Shown: one piece after another, positions 13,075 through 27,135 of the stretch
Layout of the letters: every line of letters begins with the position of its first letter
How positions within the stretch are numbered: the stretch's first letter is position 1
From: Cetorhinus maximus
Taxonomy: Eukaryota
Assembly (NCBI RefSeq): GCF_964194155.1
Contig: NW_027596508.1
Coordinates: 124,001-188,000 of the forward strand
Length of the DNA: 64,000 nucleotides
Direction: 5' to 3'
Made by a program: the position numbers and the translations under genes
The notes under the pieces: model-generated
Told to the model about the DNA's origin: nothing
The model's database searches: none
The model's input: only the letters and a program-made list of their open reading frames with translations

Positions 13075-13210
13075 GGCTCGGCCAGCATTTATTGTGCATT
13101 CCTAAGTGACCTTGAGAAGGTGGTGGTGAGCTGCCTTCCTGGACCGCTGCAGTCCCTGTGGTGTAGGTAGACCCACAGTGCTGTGAGGGAGGGAGTTCCA
13201 GGATTTTGAT
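13075..13210 (-). mobile_element. 3' end of an L2-like LINE (copy at ~22200-22340)
   Basis: Reverse complement of AAAATCCTGGAACTCCCT...CAGCACTGTGGGT.TACCTACACCACA.GGACTGCAGCGGT...CACCACCACCTTCTCAAGG; same family as 43893-44100. Confidence 0.6.
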
Positions 13211-13574
13211 ACAATGACATTAACTGTGTGTGTTGCAGAAACAGCTCAATATGAGGAATTAGTGACGGGATGTGATAGGGTGGACATAGAGGTGTCAACA
13301 ATCAATTCAAAGAGAATTCGATACTACCTTGTTTTCCCACTGAGTCGGTAGAATTTGGAACTGGCTGTCATATTGAGCAGTCAAGACGATTAGCACAGCT
13401 GTATTTCAGGGAAAGCAAGATAAGCATAGGAGAGGGAATAGATTTCATGGAAAAAAAGGTAATATTACTTAAAGTAAACTGGATTGAAGATGGTTAGCAA
13501 TAATGTACCAATGTGTCCAAATGGCCCAATGAAGTATATTCTTGGTAGAATGAATACTGATTTTCAAAGTACCT

Positions 13575-13860
13575 CAGAGACTCACAGATACATAATGAAT
13601 CCCACACTCACATAGTGCACCAGAGACAGAGCAATGCAGAGTGAATCATACACGCACACACATCCCCAGAGACTGACCAATACATAATGAATCCCACACT
13701 CACATAGTGCACCAGAGACAGAGCAATGCAGAGTGAATCCTACACTCACACACATCCCCAGAGACTGACCAATACATAATGAATCCCGCACTCACATAGT
13801 TTTCCAGAGAGAGCAATGCAGAATGAATGACTGATCCCCAGAGGCTGACAAATACATCAG
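13575..13860. repeat. 92-bp minisatellite (dimer of ~46-bp subunits), about 3 units
   Basis: AGAGACTGACCAATACATAATGAATCCC recurs at 13668 and 13760. Confidence 0.85.
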
Positions 13861-13934
13861 GAGTCAGACACTCAAATCCTTTACCAGGGACAGAGTGATA
13901 CAGAATGAATCCGGCACTTATACACATGGAATCT

Positions 13935-14520
13935 TAGAGAAGTTACACCACAGAGAAAGCCCATTCGGCCCTTTGTGTCTCTGGTGTTTCTCTGCCAGAG
14001 AAACCCAACTGGTTCTGATCCCCAGCCCTAGGTCGCTCATAATCTTTTTGCACCTCAATTAGGTCACCCCTCAACCTCCTCTGTCCTAAGGAAAACAACC
14101 CTAGAATATCCAACCTTTCCTCACAGCTGCAATTTTCAAGCCCTTGTAGCATTCTTTTAAATATTCTCTGCACTCCCTCCAGAGCATTTGTGTCCTTCCT
14201 GTAATGTGATGACCAGAACTGTGCACAAAATTCCAACCGTGGCCTAACCAGCGTTTTATAGATTTCCAGCATTATATCCCTGTTTTTGTATTCAATACTT
14301 CGTTCAAGAAAGGAAAACATTCCGTTACCACCTTGTCCCCCTGTCTTGCCACCTTCAGGGAAATGTGAACATGCACTCCAACGTTTCTCACTTCCGCAAC
14401 CTTTCTCAATATCCTCCCGTTTATTGAGTGTTCCCTTTCTTTGTTTGCCCTCCCCAAATGCATTACCCCAAACTTTCTGGGATTGAATTCCATTTGCCAA
14501 TTTTCTGTCCATTCAACCAA
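13935..14520 (-). mobile_element. CR1 LINE ORF2 3' fragment
   Basis: Translations WQMEFNPRKFGVMHLGR and YKTLVRPRLEFCAQFWS...LEGVQR...LGLFSL.QRRLRGDLIEV. Confidence 0.9.
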
Positions 14521-14841
14521 ACCATGTATGGCATCTTTTAAATCACATTCTGACCTCTTTGCAGCCTTGGTCCAAACATGGAGAAACAGCTGAACTCAAG
14601 CCGTGAGGTTCAAGTGTTCTCTTATGTTCAGGGAAGCATTTGACCTAGTGCGGGCATCAAGGAACCCCAGCAAAACTGAAAGTTCATGGAAATGAGGAGG
14701 GAATCTCTCCACTGGTTGGAGTCATCCCCGGGGTTTCTAATACATTCCAAAAGAAAACCAGCAGGAACAGTAATTCGCTTTTGTTTGATACACTATGGGT
14801 GACAAGAAAAAGATCCTTTGACTGCACTTTGTAGTACAGGT

Positions 14842-14931
14842 GGCTCGTTGGTCTAGGGGCATGATTCACGCGTTGCGAATTTCATTCTATTAATCTGCGA
14901 GAGGACCCGGGTTCAATTCCCAAACGAGCCC
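14842..14931 (+). pseudogene. tRNA-Pro-bodied gene with an 18-nt intron (14878-14895) and anticodon TGC; stem mismatches
   Basis: GGCTCGTTGGTCTAGGGGCATGATT CACGC GT TGC G [AATTTCATTCTATTAATC] T GCGAG AGGAC CCGGGTTCAATTCCCAAACGAGCCC; 72 nt after removing the insert. Confidence 0.85.
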
Positions 14932-15567
14932 ATCGGGCATCTTAATGCAGTAATTTTTTTCGCGCTCGAGGTGGTGGCAGTTCCGGAAATCAGGACCAGG
15001 TTTGAACACCCGGGAACTCATTGCAGAAAATGCATCACTAAAAACACGCGTGATGAAAATGAATGTCAAGATTAAAGAACGTTTCTCCGTGCCATGAGAC
15101 TCTAAATTTATCCCTATGCGTCAAATAAGGCAACTCCCTCCGTGTGGATTCAGGTTGGAGGCTGATTGCACTCGGCTACAATCTTGACTGAAAGGACAAG
15201 CAGAGCTGGGAACCCCAAAGTTTCATTTTATTTTACGACATTTTAAAGTGTTCCGGTGCTTGTAGTGAGCTGGAAGGGGTTTCATTTTGCAACCAAATGC
15301 TTGTAAGTTCCGGTCTTCCAGCGCTGGATTTTCACACTGTGTAGAAACATGTTGGATATCAGGTTGAAGTGTTGAAGTGATTCACATCAGTGGGTTTACA
15401 ACAGTCCCTGATCTGATGTGGTGGGCATTTATGTTAATGGAAGAAACTACATTTCCACCTTTACACATCTGGCCGAATATTCAGGGCCTGTACCAAAGAG
15501 GATCATTTATTTCAACAGTTCATGAATGCAAAAAGTATAGAAGGGCGTTTAATAGGCCCCATTTGGT

Positions 15568-15649
15568 GCCGAGCTGGCCGAGAGGTTAAGGTGATGGAAT
15601 AAAAATCCATTGTATTTTGCACGTTAAGGTTCGAATCCCACCTTGGTCG
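15568..15649 (+). pseudogene. tRNA-Ser-derived pseudogene (unit A2)
   Basis: Paralogue of 57-138 with the same ATAAAAA loop. Confidence 0.85.
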
Positions 15650-17976
15650 TTGTTTCATCAACTGTGTCTTCCTCGGTGCGGTGATTTTGCAGAAGGTCTG
15701 CCTGGAATCACTGATGTGATACTCCAACCCAAGTTCTGAGGCCAGATTGCACAGAGCTTTCTTCTAAGATCTCCGTTGCGATTTTATTGTTAACAATAAC
15801 TTGGGGATCCGATATAGAGTCCATTCGACTTGATATATCTCTCTAAGAGGAGTTAGTGGAGCAGTGGAAATATCCGGGGGACTTATGTTCATTTCCCACC
15901 ATGGCTGCTGCTGGAAATTAAACTCAATAATAAAAATCTGCAATTAAACGCTAATGTCAGTGATGGTTCACTGATGTCTTCCCTGGCCAGGACATTTGAG
16001 TTTGATTCCTAACTGCCCGCTGAGAAATCCACGGAGTTCAAGTACAATTTGGAATGTGTAACAAAGACTGGCCTTGCGAGCGACGCTCACATCCCATGAA
16101 ATATTGTTTTCACTTTTTGAAATACAAGCGTTAGGCCACCCCTCAGCCTTGTTATTACAAGAGAATAAAGATCCAAACTGTCAATCCTTTCGTCCTTGTA
16201 TACCACGCATTGCACTTTTTGTTATTTATTCTTCTTTTGTGGGCTGTGTGCGTCAATTGCACGGCCAGAACTTCCTGCCCTTCCCTAATCTCCCTCGAAC
16301 TGGATGGCTTGCTCAGTAATTTCCGAGGGCAGATAAGAGTCAACCATATCCCCATGTGCAAGGAGTGACATGTAAGCCAGACCAGGTCAGGATGGCAGAA
16401 TGTTTCCTCTTAAGTGCATTGGTGAACCAGATGATTTTTTTTAGTACAATCGACGATATTATCATGGCCGTCATTACAGAGACCAGCTTTCAATTCAAGA
16501 ATCATGAAATAATTGAAATTAAATTCCACGAGCTGCCACGGTGGGATTTGAACACTTACCCCTAGAGATGAGCCTGGGCCTCTGGATTACGAGACCAGTG
16601 ACATCATCTTTCATCCCTGGAAACATAAACTGAACATTCAGCGAATCATTCAGCCGCTTGATGAGGAAATTGCAATTCCCTCCGCAGCATTTTATTAAAC
16701 GGATTAATGCAAAACCTTTTGTTCCATTGGAAATATCAATATTTTCTCGACATTAATCAGATATTGTGGATTTCTTAGTAACGGAACACAATCCAAAGAT
16801 GAGTGAGGGATGAATGCACAAAGTAACAAGGAAATACATTCTGAGAAAGTGCTCCGCATTGTTTGTAAGAAAAAGCAGAACTTGCAGCTGACGAGTGGGA
16901 ACCTGGTTTACTGGACGTTCCACCAGATTTCTGTATAAAGCAACGGGACAGGACACGAAATCTTCTGATTACACCATAATGTACATTGAAGTCAGACGCC
17001 TGATCCATTCGGACCAGGCTACCATTCCTTCCAGCCAGATAATGCCTTGTCCATAAAAACTGTGCTGCATTTATGTCTGTTGAATTTTTGAATGATCCAC
17101 TGATTCCCAGAACCTTGACCTCGGGATCTCAGATTGATTTTGGATCATGAAGTCAGTTCCTATTGTCCGCACCTCTCCTCAAAATGTCGCTGCAATTTTT
17201 TGTCCTCTCTAAATCTTGGTCCGTTGACCTTCACTCAATCGTTGCTAAATTCCTGAAATGAAAACACAGAACATCCCCTTCATCCAAACCACTTCGAAAG
17301 GAATTCCTTCTTCCTTGTTTAACAAGAAATTCCACCGACGGTTCGGAGATGTTGAGGCGAGCGTGTCAGAGTGAGGAACTGTTTCCAATGATTGGCAATC
17401 CAGGTACTGGGGCGGGGTGGAGGTGGAGTTTGGTGGGAGGGAGAGGTGGGGGATAGGGGTTAGAGGATGGGAGAGGTTGGGTGGGGGGTAGGAGCTGGCG
17501 GCACTGGGGGCAGTAAAACATTCAGAGCTTTCCGGAGGTGAAATTCGAAACCATCTCTATCGACAGACGGGGATGAGAATTTCAGAGCTCCCTTCCGGAA
17601 ACGACACTTCAATTTTAAATCTCACTTTGATAGATTTCTAACCATCAAATATATTAGACAAAAGGGAGAAAGGTGGGTATTTCTATACATCGGAAACTTG
17701 CTGCTTGAAATATTAATGAAGACGCTGAGTTATGCATTCACTGTAATCGAACTCAGTTTTCTTTGATGACAAATAAGAACCGAATCAGCAATCCTCCCAT
17801 CATGCTGAAATCAATTTATTTCTGCAGCTACAAGATGACTGCAAACTGAAAATAATGTCACTCCGACACTTTCTGTTCATAGTAACAGGCGCTGGAACAC
17901 TTCCTGTCCCTATGATACAGACACTTAGACACTTGCTGCCCAACAATTGATTTCAGTCCTGTGAAAGCGTTTGTGA

Positions 17977-18378
<402 letters not shown>

Positions 18379-19081
18379 AGCGGCCATTCTTTAATCAAAT
18401 AACCCAAAGGCTCTTTTCAGAGCCTCTCACAGAGTCTGTGAAAGGGCTGCTCACTGTGTGAATTTTCATTCTGGCTCTGAAGAAACGTCATGCCCACTCG
18501 AAGAGATAATTCCCTCTCTCCACACAGGTGCTGCCAGACCTGGTGATATTTTCCAGCATTTTCATTAAAAATACTAGCTTCGCTGCAAACGACACCAGTA
18601 TAAAACCTGAGAAAAGTCTCATTTTGGCTCTACATGCCTTTCAACCCGGTTTCAATTCGGAATCTTTACCTGATCTGTTTAAACAGGCGGGTAGAAAGCT
18701 CCTACTGATGGGCGAAATCACCATGACTACCGACAGTTCCGGGTCTCCCACATAAACATCATGAACTGTATGGGTTTTATTCAAATGACGGTTTAATAGA
18801 TATTGAAGAGAAAACGGAGTGAGTCGTCCTTCCAATATATTGGAGTGGGAGAGTGTGGTTTGGGGAGCTAATACACCGCTCCACTCCCCACTTAAAACAT
18901 CAACAACCTTAATAAATGAACTAGTGACAGAAAGAGAATGAAATGATGCTAAAGTTGCTTTTCATTCAGTTACAGTTTGAGATTTCTCGCTCCCGTTCCC
19001 AGGTCAGTGCTCTTAATGTGACGTTTTGGGTGGCTCTGAAAAGAGCCTTTGTTGTGTGTTTGGTAGAAAGGGTCGAGTTGT

Positions 19082-19402
<321 letters not shown>

Positions 19403-20297
19403 TCACTCAGATCGCTGCAGAATATGAGAGACGAGCTGCTTCACGTTCCTCTTTTAAATAGCCCGCCCCGACCTGACTGAGAACAGGACAGAGAGTGAGA
19501 GGCGGGGCGGGGAGGAGACTGAGTGACAGACAGAACAGAGTCTGTGATCATCCAGCTCCACCTCCTGCCTGTTCGAACTGATTTGTTTTCGAATTCTGGG
19601 CACCATTAGTGAACAGGGCGCTCGAAACAAATCTTACTCAATGGAACATCTTGTTTATCTATAGTTAGAAACCGGGATCTTTTAAATCCAGACCTGTCAG
19701 CAATATCCCGCCTCTATGATCAAGATAAAATCGGATCACGGGCCTGTAATTTAGTTTATTGAGAGGGAATTCGAAAAGTTTTGCAAAGATTGAACCGGTC
19801 AGTGAAAGTGTCTGTCTAAGAACTGGAAATGAATACCGGCTGAAATTTAAACGGTTGGTATTGAAGAGGTGACAACAAATCAATTATTTTAAGGGAGGTG
19901 TTGGTGTAGTTATTTCAGAGAGAACTTCATCATCCCTTCCAGGATAAGTTGCATTTTTTTATTGTTCGGAACTTTGTGGATATCTACATGGAGCCGTTGT
20001 AGTTGGTCACTATCTTTGTCTGTTTCACGGCCCGTTCCCCGGGCAGCAACAGACATTTTCCTGTCTCGATGTGTCCACAGAAACAGCCGGAGAGAATTTA
20101 TTGTGGACTGGTGCCGTCTGCTGGCTGCACGTGAGACGTGCAAAGAGGTAACTTCTTTGGGGAAATTTTAAATGTGTGTGAAACAACATAAACATGGTGA
20201 GAATTATTGCAAAACAGTTTATCAATCAGACACAAGATGCCAAAGATATAGTGTGTTTCGCGGTACTATAAATGCTGACTGTAATTTGAAGAAGTGT

Positions 20298-20368
20298 GCG
20301 ATGGTGGTATAGTGGTGAGCATAGCTGCCTTCCAAGCAGTTGACCCGGGTCGATTCCCGGCCATCGCA
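20298..20368 (+). tRNA. tRNA-Gly(TCC) with a 1-nt T-loop deletion; probable pseudogene
   Basis: GCGATGG...TTCCAAGCAGTTGACCCGGGTCGATTCCCGGCCATCGCA. Confidence 0.87.
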
Positions 20369-20717
20369 GTAGTGATTTATTTTCAGCCTTCTCCGTGGTC
20401 AGACCACAATTCTCTACATTAGTTAAAAAACGCGTTGGGATTCTTACAGTTCCACGCTCTGTAAGATTGGTCTTATCAGCAACTTTGTGAATCGGGTCCG
20501 AGCCATTTGCTCAACGTGCAAGCGTGATGCGGATACTGGGCTCATCAAAGGCATCCTGCAGGGTAATGGTTACACTGATCAGGTCATTTCGCGCTGTGTA
20601 TCACACAAGCTCATGTCTGGGCTTTCAGAAGTGGCCGACTACATTCCCCAGAAGATAGGGAAAGGGTGAGTGCGAGAGGAATTCTTCATTCGTGGTGTCA
20701 GTGTGTGTAAGATTGTA

Positions 20718-20853
20718 GAAAGACCGGCGGGGGAGCCCAGGACAAAGTCAAAGCCAAGTCTCGCTCCTCCCGGGATGGACTGCAGCTCCCCGCGGGCCGT
20801 GTTCACAGGCTCATGAGAAAGAGCAGCTATGCTGAGCGTGTGGCTGCTGGAGC
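20718..20853 (+). pseudogene. H2A: Start-less, 3'-truncated H2A fragment (unit A2)
   Basis: Paralogue of 11585-11720 with the same truncation point. Confidence 0.85.
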
Positions 20854-22704
20854 GCTCCGCTCTTCCGATTGTAACATTGCCGGCCGCTTTCAGGGTACAG
20901 GATCAGAAATCAGCCGTTTCTCTCTGTTCCGATGAAACCTGTGTGAAGGAGTCGGTTGGTAACCTATGTTATTGCGTTTCCAGTGAGCTGAGATTGGCTT
21001 TTTTTAAATCGCTGCTTTGTTACCGCCGGTTACAGATAAGAGATTGACACATTTAATCTGTTCCTAAAATAGCGCCAGGATTCTGTGACGCAGAATGCAA
21101 TATTACAGCTCCTAAAGCGTGAGATTAAAATTGCCTTGAAATTAAGCCGTTCGGCTATTATCTTTTTTTTCCCCTCAAATTGGCGGGCTTTTCGAATTTG
21201 AAAACATAAGCCAATCGGCACTTCCAATTCCTGTTACCTGGCTCTCCGATTGGTTGAAGATTAGGATTGAGAATGGACTGACCAATCAGAGCTAGAGCCT
21301 GTCTAAAGTCTCTCAAACCATTCACAATGATTATTTATCGAGGTTAAATTGATGGAATCTGTATCTTCCGCTCCACCTGTACTTGAGTCCTAAAATATAC
21401 TTTTTTCCAACAGGCAAATAATTGACGAAACCAGAATAAACGTGGTGTTTCCTCCAGAGATTTAATACTCAGCCAAAGCTTACACACATTGTTTGCTTTA
21501 AACCTACCATATCAGTGGCTTGTTGTTCTGCTGGAAATGTATGTGGAATGAATCCAAACTTATAATTAGTCCCAGAGACTGAAGGTTATATAATGAATCC
21601 CACACTCACACAGAAGCAGAGAATAATTCTCAAGCACATTTTCAGTGCCAGATGCTGAAAGATACAGGCTGGTCACTGCACTCACTCACAATAGCTGAAT
21701 CTGAGTGATACTAAAGAAATATGACACACCAATTGTACCACTGAGACATTTAGAAAGAGTCCAAGCATCACATAGAGTAACAGATGCTGATGGATACACA
21801 TGGAAGACCACACACTAACACACACACTGTAAATTCCACTTTCACATACAATACCGATGATTGGGAAAACCGCAATTGAATCTCACAATGTTTTATAATA
21901 CCAAAGATTAACAGATGTAAAGTTAATCCCACTGACAGATACAGAATGAATCTCATGCACACAAACAGAACCAAGTGATGAAAGAAACATATGATTCCCA
22001 CACTTACTTTACAATATCACAGGTACATAGTGCCATTGACAGATCTGCATTGAACCAAATACCTCCCTTCGCCGTCCAATAAAATATGAACGCTTCTTGT
22101 CTGTTCTGTCGCTCTCTGAGTGTGCTGACATCTACTGACCAGAGCTGAGAAGTGCAACAGAGCGGAGCTTTTTTTTATTAATTCAATGGATATGAGATTC
22201 GCTGGCTCGGCCAGCATTTATTGTCCATTCCTAAGTGACCTTGAGAAGGTGGTGGTGAGCTGCCTTCTTGGACCGCTGCAATCTCAGTGGCGTAGTTAAA
22301 CCCACAGTGCTGTGAGGGTGGGAGTTCCAGGATTTTGATACAATGACATTAACTGTGTGTGTTGCAGAAACAGCTCAATATGAGGAATTAGTGATGGGGT
22401 GTGATAGGGTGGACATAGAGGTGTCAACAATCAATTCAAAGAGAATTCGATATTACCTTGTTTTCCCACTGAGTCGGTAGAATTTGGAACTGGCTGTCAT
22501 GTTGAGCAGTCAAGACGATTAGCACAGCTGTATTTCAGGGAAAGCAAGATAAGCATAGGAGAGGGAATAGATTTCATGGATAAACAGGTAATATTACATA
22601 AAGTAAACTGGATTGAGGATCGTTAGCATTAATGTACCAATGTATCCAAATGGCCCAATGAAGTATATTCTTGGTAGAATGAATACTGATTTTCAAAGTA
22701 CCTC

Positions 22705-23170
22705 AGAGACTCACAGATACATAATGAATCCCACACTCACATAGTGCACCAGAGACAGAGCAATGCAGAGTGAATCCTACACGCACACACATCCCCAGAG
22801 ACTGACCAATACATAATGAATCCCACACTCACATAGTGCACCAGAGACAGAGCAATGCAGAGTGAATCCTACACTCACACACATCCCCAGGGACTGACCA
22901 ATACATAGTAAATCCCACACTCACATAGTGTACCAGAGGCAGAGCAATGCAGAGTGAATCCTACACTCACACACATCCCCAGAGACTGACGAACACATAA
23001 TGAATCCCACACTCACATAGTGCACCAGAGACAGAGCAATGCAGAGTGAATCATACACTCACACACATCCCCAGAGACTGACCAATACATAATGAATCCC
23101 GCACTCACATAGTTTTCCAGAGAGAGCAATGCAGAATGAATGACAGATCCCCAGAGGCTGACAAATACAT
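22705..23170. repeat. 92-bp minisatellite, about 5 units
   Basis: AG(A/G)GACTGAC recurs at 22797, 22889, 22981 and 23073. Confidence 0.88.
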
Positions 23171-23244
23171 CAGGAGTCAGACACTCAAATCCTTTACCAG
23201 GGACAGAGCGATACAGAATGAATCCGGCACTTATACACATGAAA

Positions 23245-23835
23245 TCTTAGAATAGTTACACCACAGAGAAAGCCCATTCGGCCCTTTGTGTCTCTGGTGT
23301 TTCTCTGCCAGAGAAACCCAACTGGTTCTGAATCCCAGCCCTAGGTCGCTCATAATCTTTTTGCACCTCAATTAGGTCACCCCTCAACCTCCTCTGTCCT
23401 AAGGAAAACAACCCTAGAATATCCAACCTTCCTCACAGCTGCAATTTTCAAGCCCTTGTAGCATTCTTTTAAATGTTCTCTGTACACCCTCCAGAGCATT
23501 TGTGTCCTTCCTGTAACGTGATGACCTGAACAGTGCACAAAATTCCAACAATGGCCTAACCAGCGTTTTATAGATTTCCAGCATTATATCCCTGTTTTTG
23601 TATTCAATATTTCGTACAATAAAGGAAAACATTCCGTTACCACCTTGTCCCCCTGTCTTGCCACCTTCAGGGAAATGTGAACATGCACTCCAAAGTGTCT
23701 CCCTTCCGCAACCTGTCTCAATATCTTCCCATTTATTGAGTGTTCCCTTTCTTTGTCTGCCCTCCCCAAATGCATTACCCCAAACTTTCTGGGATTGAAT
23801 TCCATTTGCCAATTTTCTGACCACACAACCAACCC
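23245..23835 (-). mobile_element. CR1 LINE ORF2 3' fragment (unit A2 copy)
   Basis: Translations WQMEFNPRKFGVMHLGR and YKTLVRPLLEFC. Confidence 0.9.
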
Positions 23836-24153
23836 ATGTATGGCATCTTTTAAATCACATTCTGACCTCTTTGCAGCCTTGGTCCAAACATGGAGAAACA
23901 GCTGAACTCAAGCCATGAGGTTCAAGTGTTCACTTATGTACAGGGAAGCATTTGACCTATTGCGGGCATCAAGGAATCCCAGCAAAACTGAAAGTTCATG
24001 GAAATGAGGAGGGAAACTCTCCACTGGTTGGAGTCGTCCCCGGGGTTTCTAAAACATTCCAAAAGATTTCCAGCAGGAACAGTAATTCGCTTTTGTTTGA
24101 TACACTATGGGTGACAAGGAAAGGATCCTTTGACTGCACTTTGTAGTACTGGT

Positions 24154-24243
24154 AGCTCGTTGGTCTAGTGGCATGATTCTTGCCTTGCGAATTTTATTTT
24201 ATTAATGTGCGAGAGTTCCCGGGTTCAATTCCCGGACGAGCCC
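24154..24243 (+). pseudogene. tRNA-Pro-bodied gene with an 18-nt intron (24190-24207), anticodon TGC and G1A
   Basis: AGCTCGTTGGTCTAGTGGCATGATT CTTGC CT TGC G [AATTTTATTTTATTAATG] T GCGAG AGTTC CCGGGTTCAATTCCCGG ACGAGCCC. Confidence 0.87.
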
Positions 24244-24852
24244 ATCTTAATGCAGTAATTTTGTTTGCCCTCGAGGTGGTGGCAGTTCCGGAAATGAGGA
24301 CCAGGTTTGAACACCCGGGAACACATTGCAGAAAATGCATCACTAAAAACACGCGTGATGAAAATGAATGTCAAGATTAAAGAACGTTTCTCCGTGCCAT
24401 GAGACTCTGAATTTATCCCTATGTGCCAAATAAGGCAACTCACTCCGTGTGGATTCAGGTAGGCACTCGGTTACAACCTTGACTGAAAGGACAAGCTGAG
24501 CTGGGAACCCCAGTGTTTCATTACAATTTACCACATTTTAATGCGTTCCGGTGCTTGCAGTGAGCTGGGAGGGGTTTCCTTTTGCAACCAAATGCTTGTA
24601 AGTTCCGGTCTTTCAGCGCTGGATTTTCACACTGTGTAGAAACATGTTTGATATCAGGTTGAAGTGTTGAAGTGATTCACATCAGTCGGTTTACAACAGT
24701 CCCTGATCTGATGTGATGGGCATTTATGTTAATGGCAGAAACTACATTTCCACCTTTACACATCTGGCCGAATATTCAGGGCCTGTACCAAAGAGGATCA
24801 TTTATTTCAACAGTTCATGAATGCAAAAAGTATATAAGGGGTTTTAATTTGT

Positions 24853-24934
24853 GCCGAGCTGGCCGAGAGGTTAAGGTGATGGAATATAAATCAATTGATT
24901 TTTGCACGTTAAGGTTCGAATCCCACCTTGGTCG
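24853..24934 (+). pseudogene. tRNA-Ser-derived pseudogene (unit A3)
   Basis: Paralogue of 57-138, further mutated. Confidence 0.82.
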
Positions 24935-26651
24935 TTGTTTCATCAACTGTTTCTTCCTTGGTGCGGGGATTTTGCAGAAGGTCTGCCTGGAATCACTGAT
25001 GTGATCCTCCAACCCAAGTTCTGAGGGCAGATTGCATAGAGTTTTCTTCTAAGATCTCCGTTGCGATTTGATTGTTAACAATAACTTGGGGATCCGATTT
25101 AGAGTCCATTCGACTTAATATTTCGATCTCTCTCTAAGGGGAGTTAGTGGAGCAGTGGAAATATCCGGGGGACTGGGGTTCATTTCCCACCATGGCTGCT
25201 GCTGGAAATTAAACTCAATAATTAAAACCTTTAATTAAACGCTAATCTCAGTGGTGGTTCACTGATGTCTTCCCTGGCCGGACCTACATATGAGTTTGAT
25301 TCCTAACTGCCCGCTGAGAAATCCACGGAGTTCAAGTACAATTTGGGATGTGTAACAAAGACTGGCCTTGCGAGCGACGCTCACATCCCATGAAATATTG
25401 TTTTCACTATTTGAAATACAAGCGTTAGGCCACCCCTCAGCCTTGTTATTACAAGAGAATAAAGATCCAAACTGTCAATCCTTTCGTCCTTGTATACCAC
25501 GCATTGCATTTTTTTGTTATTTATTCTTCTTCTGTGGGCTGTGGGCGTCAACTGCACGGCCAGAACATCCTGCCCTTCCCTAATCTCCCTCGAATTGGAT
25601 GGCTTGCTCAGTATTTTCCGAGGGCAGATAAGAGTCAACCATATCCCCATGTGCATGGAGTCACATGTAAACCAGACCAGGTCAGGACGGCAGACTGTTT
25701 CCTCTTAAGTGCATTGGTGAACCAGATTTTTTTTTTAGTACAATCGACGATAGTTTCATGGCCATCATTACAGAGACCAGTTTTCAATTCAAGAATCATG
25801 AAATGATTGAATTTAAATTCCACGAGCTGCCACGGTGGGATTTGAACACTTGCCCCTAGAGATGAGCCTGGGCCTCTGGATTCCGAGACCAGTGACATCA
25901 TCTTTCATCCCTGGAAACAACAACTGAACATTCAGCGAATCATTCAGCCGCTTGATGAGGAAATTGGAATTCCCTCCGCAGCATTTTATTAAACTGATTG
26001 ATTCAAAGCCTTTTGTTCAATTGGAAATATCAATATTCTCTCGACATTAGTCAGACATTGTGGATTTCTTAGTAACGAAACACAATCCAAAGATGAGTGA
26101 GGGATTAATGCACAAAGTAACAAGGAAATACATTCTGAGAAAGAGCTCCGCATTGTTTGGAAGAAAAAGCAGAACTTGCAGCTGACGAGTGGGAACCTGG
26201 TTTACTGGACGTTCCACCAGATTTCTGTATGAAGCAACGGGACAGGACACGAAACTGCTATCTTCTGATTACATCACAATGTACATTGAAGTCAGACGCC
26301 TGATCCATTTGGACCAGGCTACCAGTCCTTCCAGCCAAATAATGCCTTGTCCACAAAAACTGTGCTGCATTTATGTCTCTTGAATTTTTGAATGATCCAC
26401 TGATTCCCAGACCCTTGGCCTCGGGATCTCAGATTGATTTTGGATCATGAAGTCAGTTACTATTGTCCGCACCTCTCCTCAAAATGTCCCTGCAATTTTT
26501 TTGTCCTCTCTAAATCTTGGCCCGTTGACCTTCACTCAATCGCTGCTAAATTCCTGAAATAAAAAAATCCCACCTTCTCCAGAACAAAAACATATTCATT
26601 CTCTTAAATAAGTCCCATCAGTGACTTAGGGCGATAGTTGATAACACTTGG

Positions 26652-26726
26652 GGTCTCGTCCGAGATTTGAATACGACACCTCTCGCAGAATATTTCAATA
26701 AGAATCGCTAAGCGAGAATCATACCC
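26652..26726 (-). pseudogene. 5'-truncated tRNA-Pro-bodied gene with an 18-nt intron (26688-26705) and anticodon AGC
   Basis: The minus strand reads GGGTATGATT CTCGC TT AGC G [ATTCTTATTGAAATATTC] T GCGAG AGGTG TCGTATTCAAATCTCGGACGAG. Confidence 0.78.
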
Positions 26727-26740
26727 ATCCCACAGCCTCT

Positions 26741-27135
26741 TCATCTTCTTCTTCTTAGGCAGTAACTCGTCACTGAGAATGGCTTTTTTTCCACGTTGCG
26801 GGTTCTGAGGAGCCTAAAAAGTCCAATGCTGGCTCCGCACACTCTGCCACAGGTTGGGGCAGGTAGTGTTTGAGGAGGCGGGTGGGTGGGATGCTCGGAT
26901 TTTGCTCCGCTCCTTCCGCTGTTTGCGCTTGGCCTCCACCTGGGCCTGTCGGAGACGTTCCAAATGGTTGGCACCTTCGCGGATGCTTCTTCTCCAGTTT
27001 GGGCGTTTCGAGCAAGAGATTCCCACAAATCAGTGGGAATGTTGCATTTTATCAGGGAGGCTTTGAGGACGCCCCTGAAACGTTTCCTCTGCCCTCCTGG
27101 TAACCGCTTGCCGTGACGAAGCGGGCATCTAGTTC
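26741..27135 (-). mobile_element. RTE-clade LINE 3' end with (GAA)n tail
   Basis: Translations LRHGKRLPGGQRKRF..VLKASL...WESLA, WRRSIREG and TCGRVCGASIGLFRLLRT (frameshifted); ends in AAGAAGAAGAAGA. Confidence 0.8.
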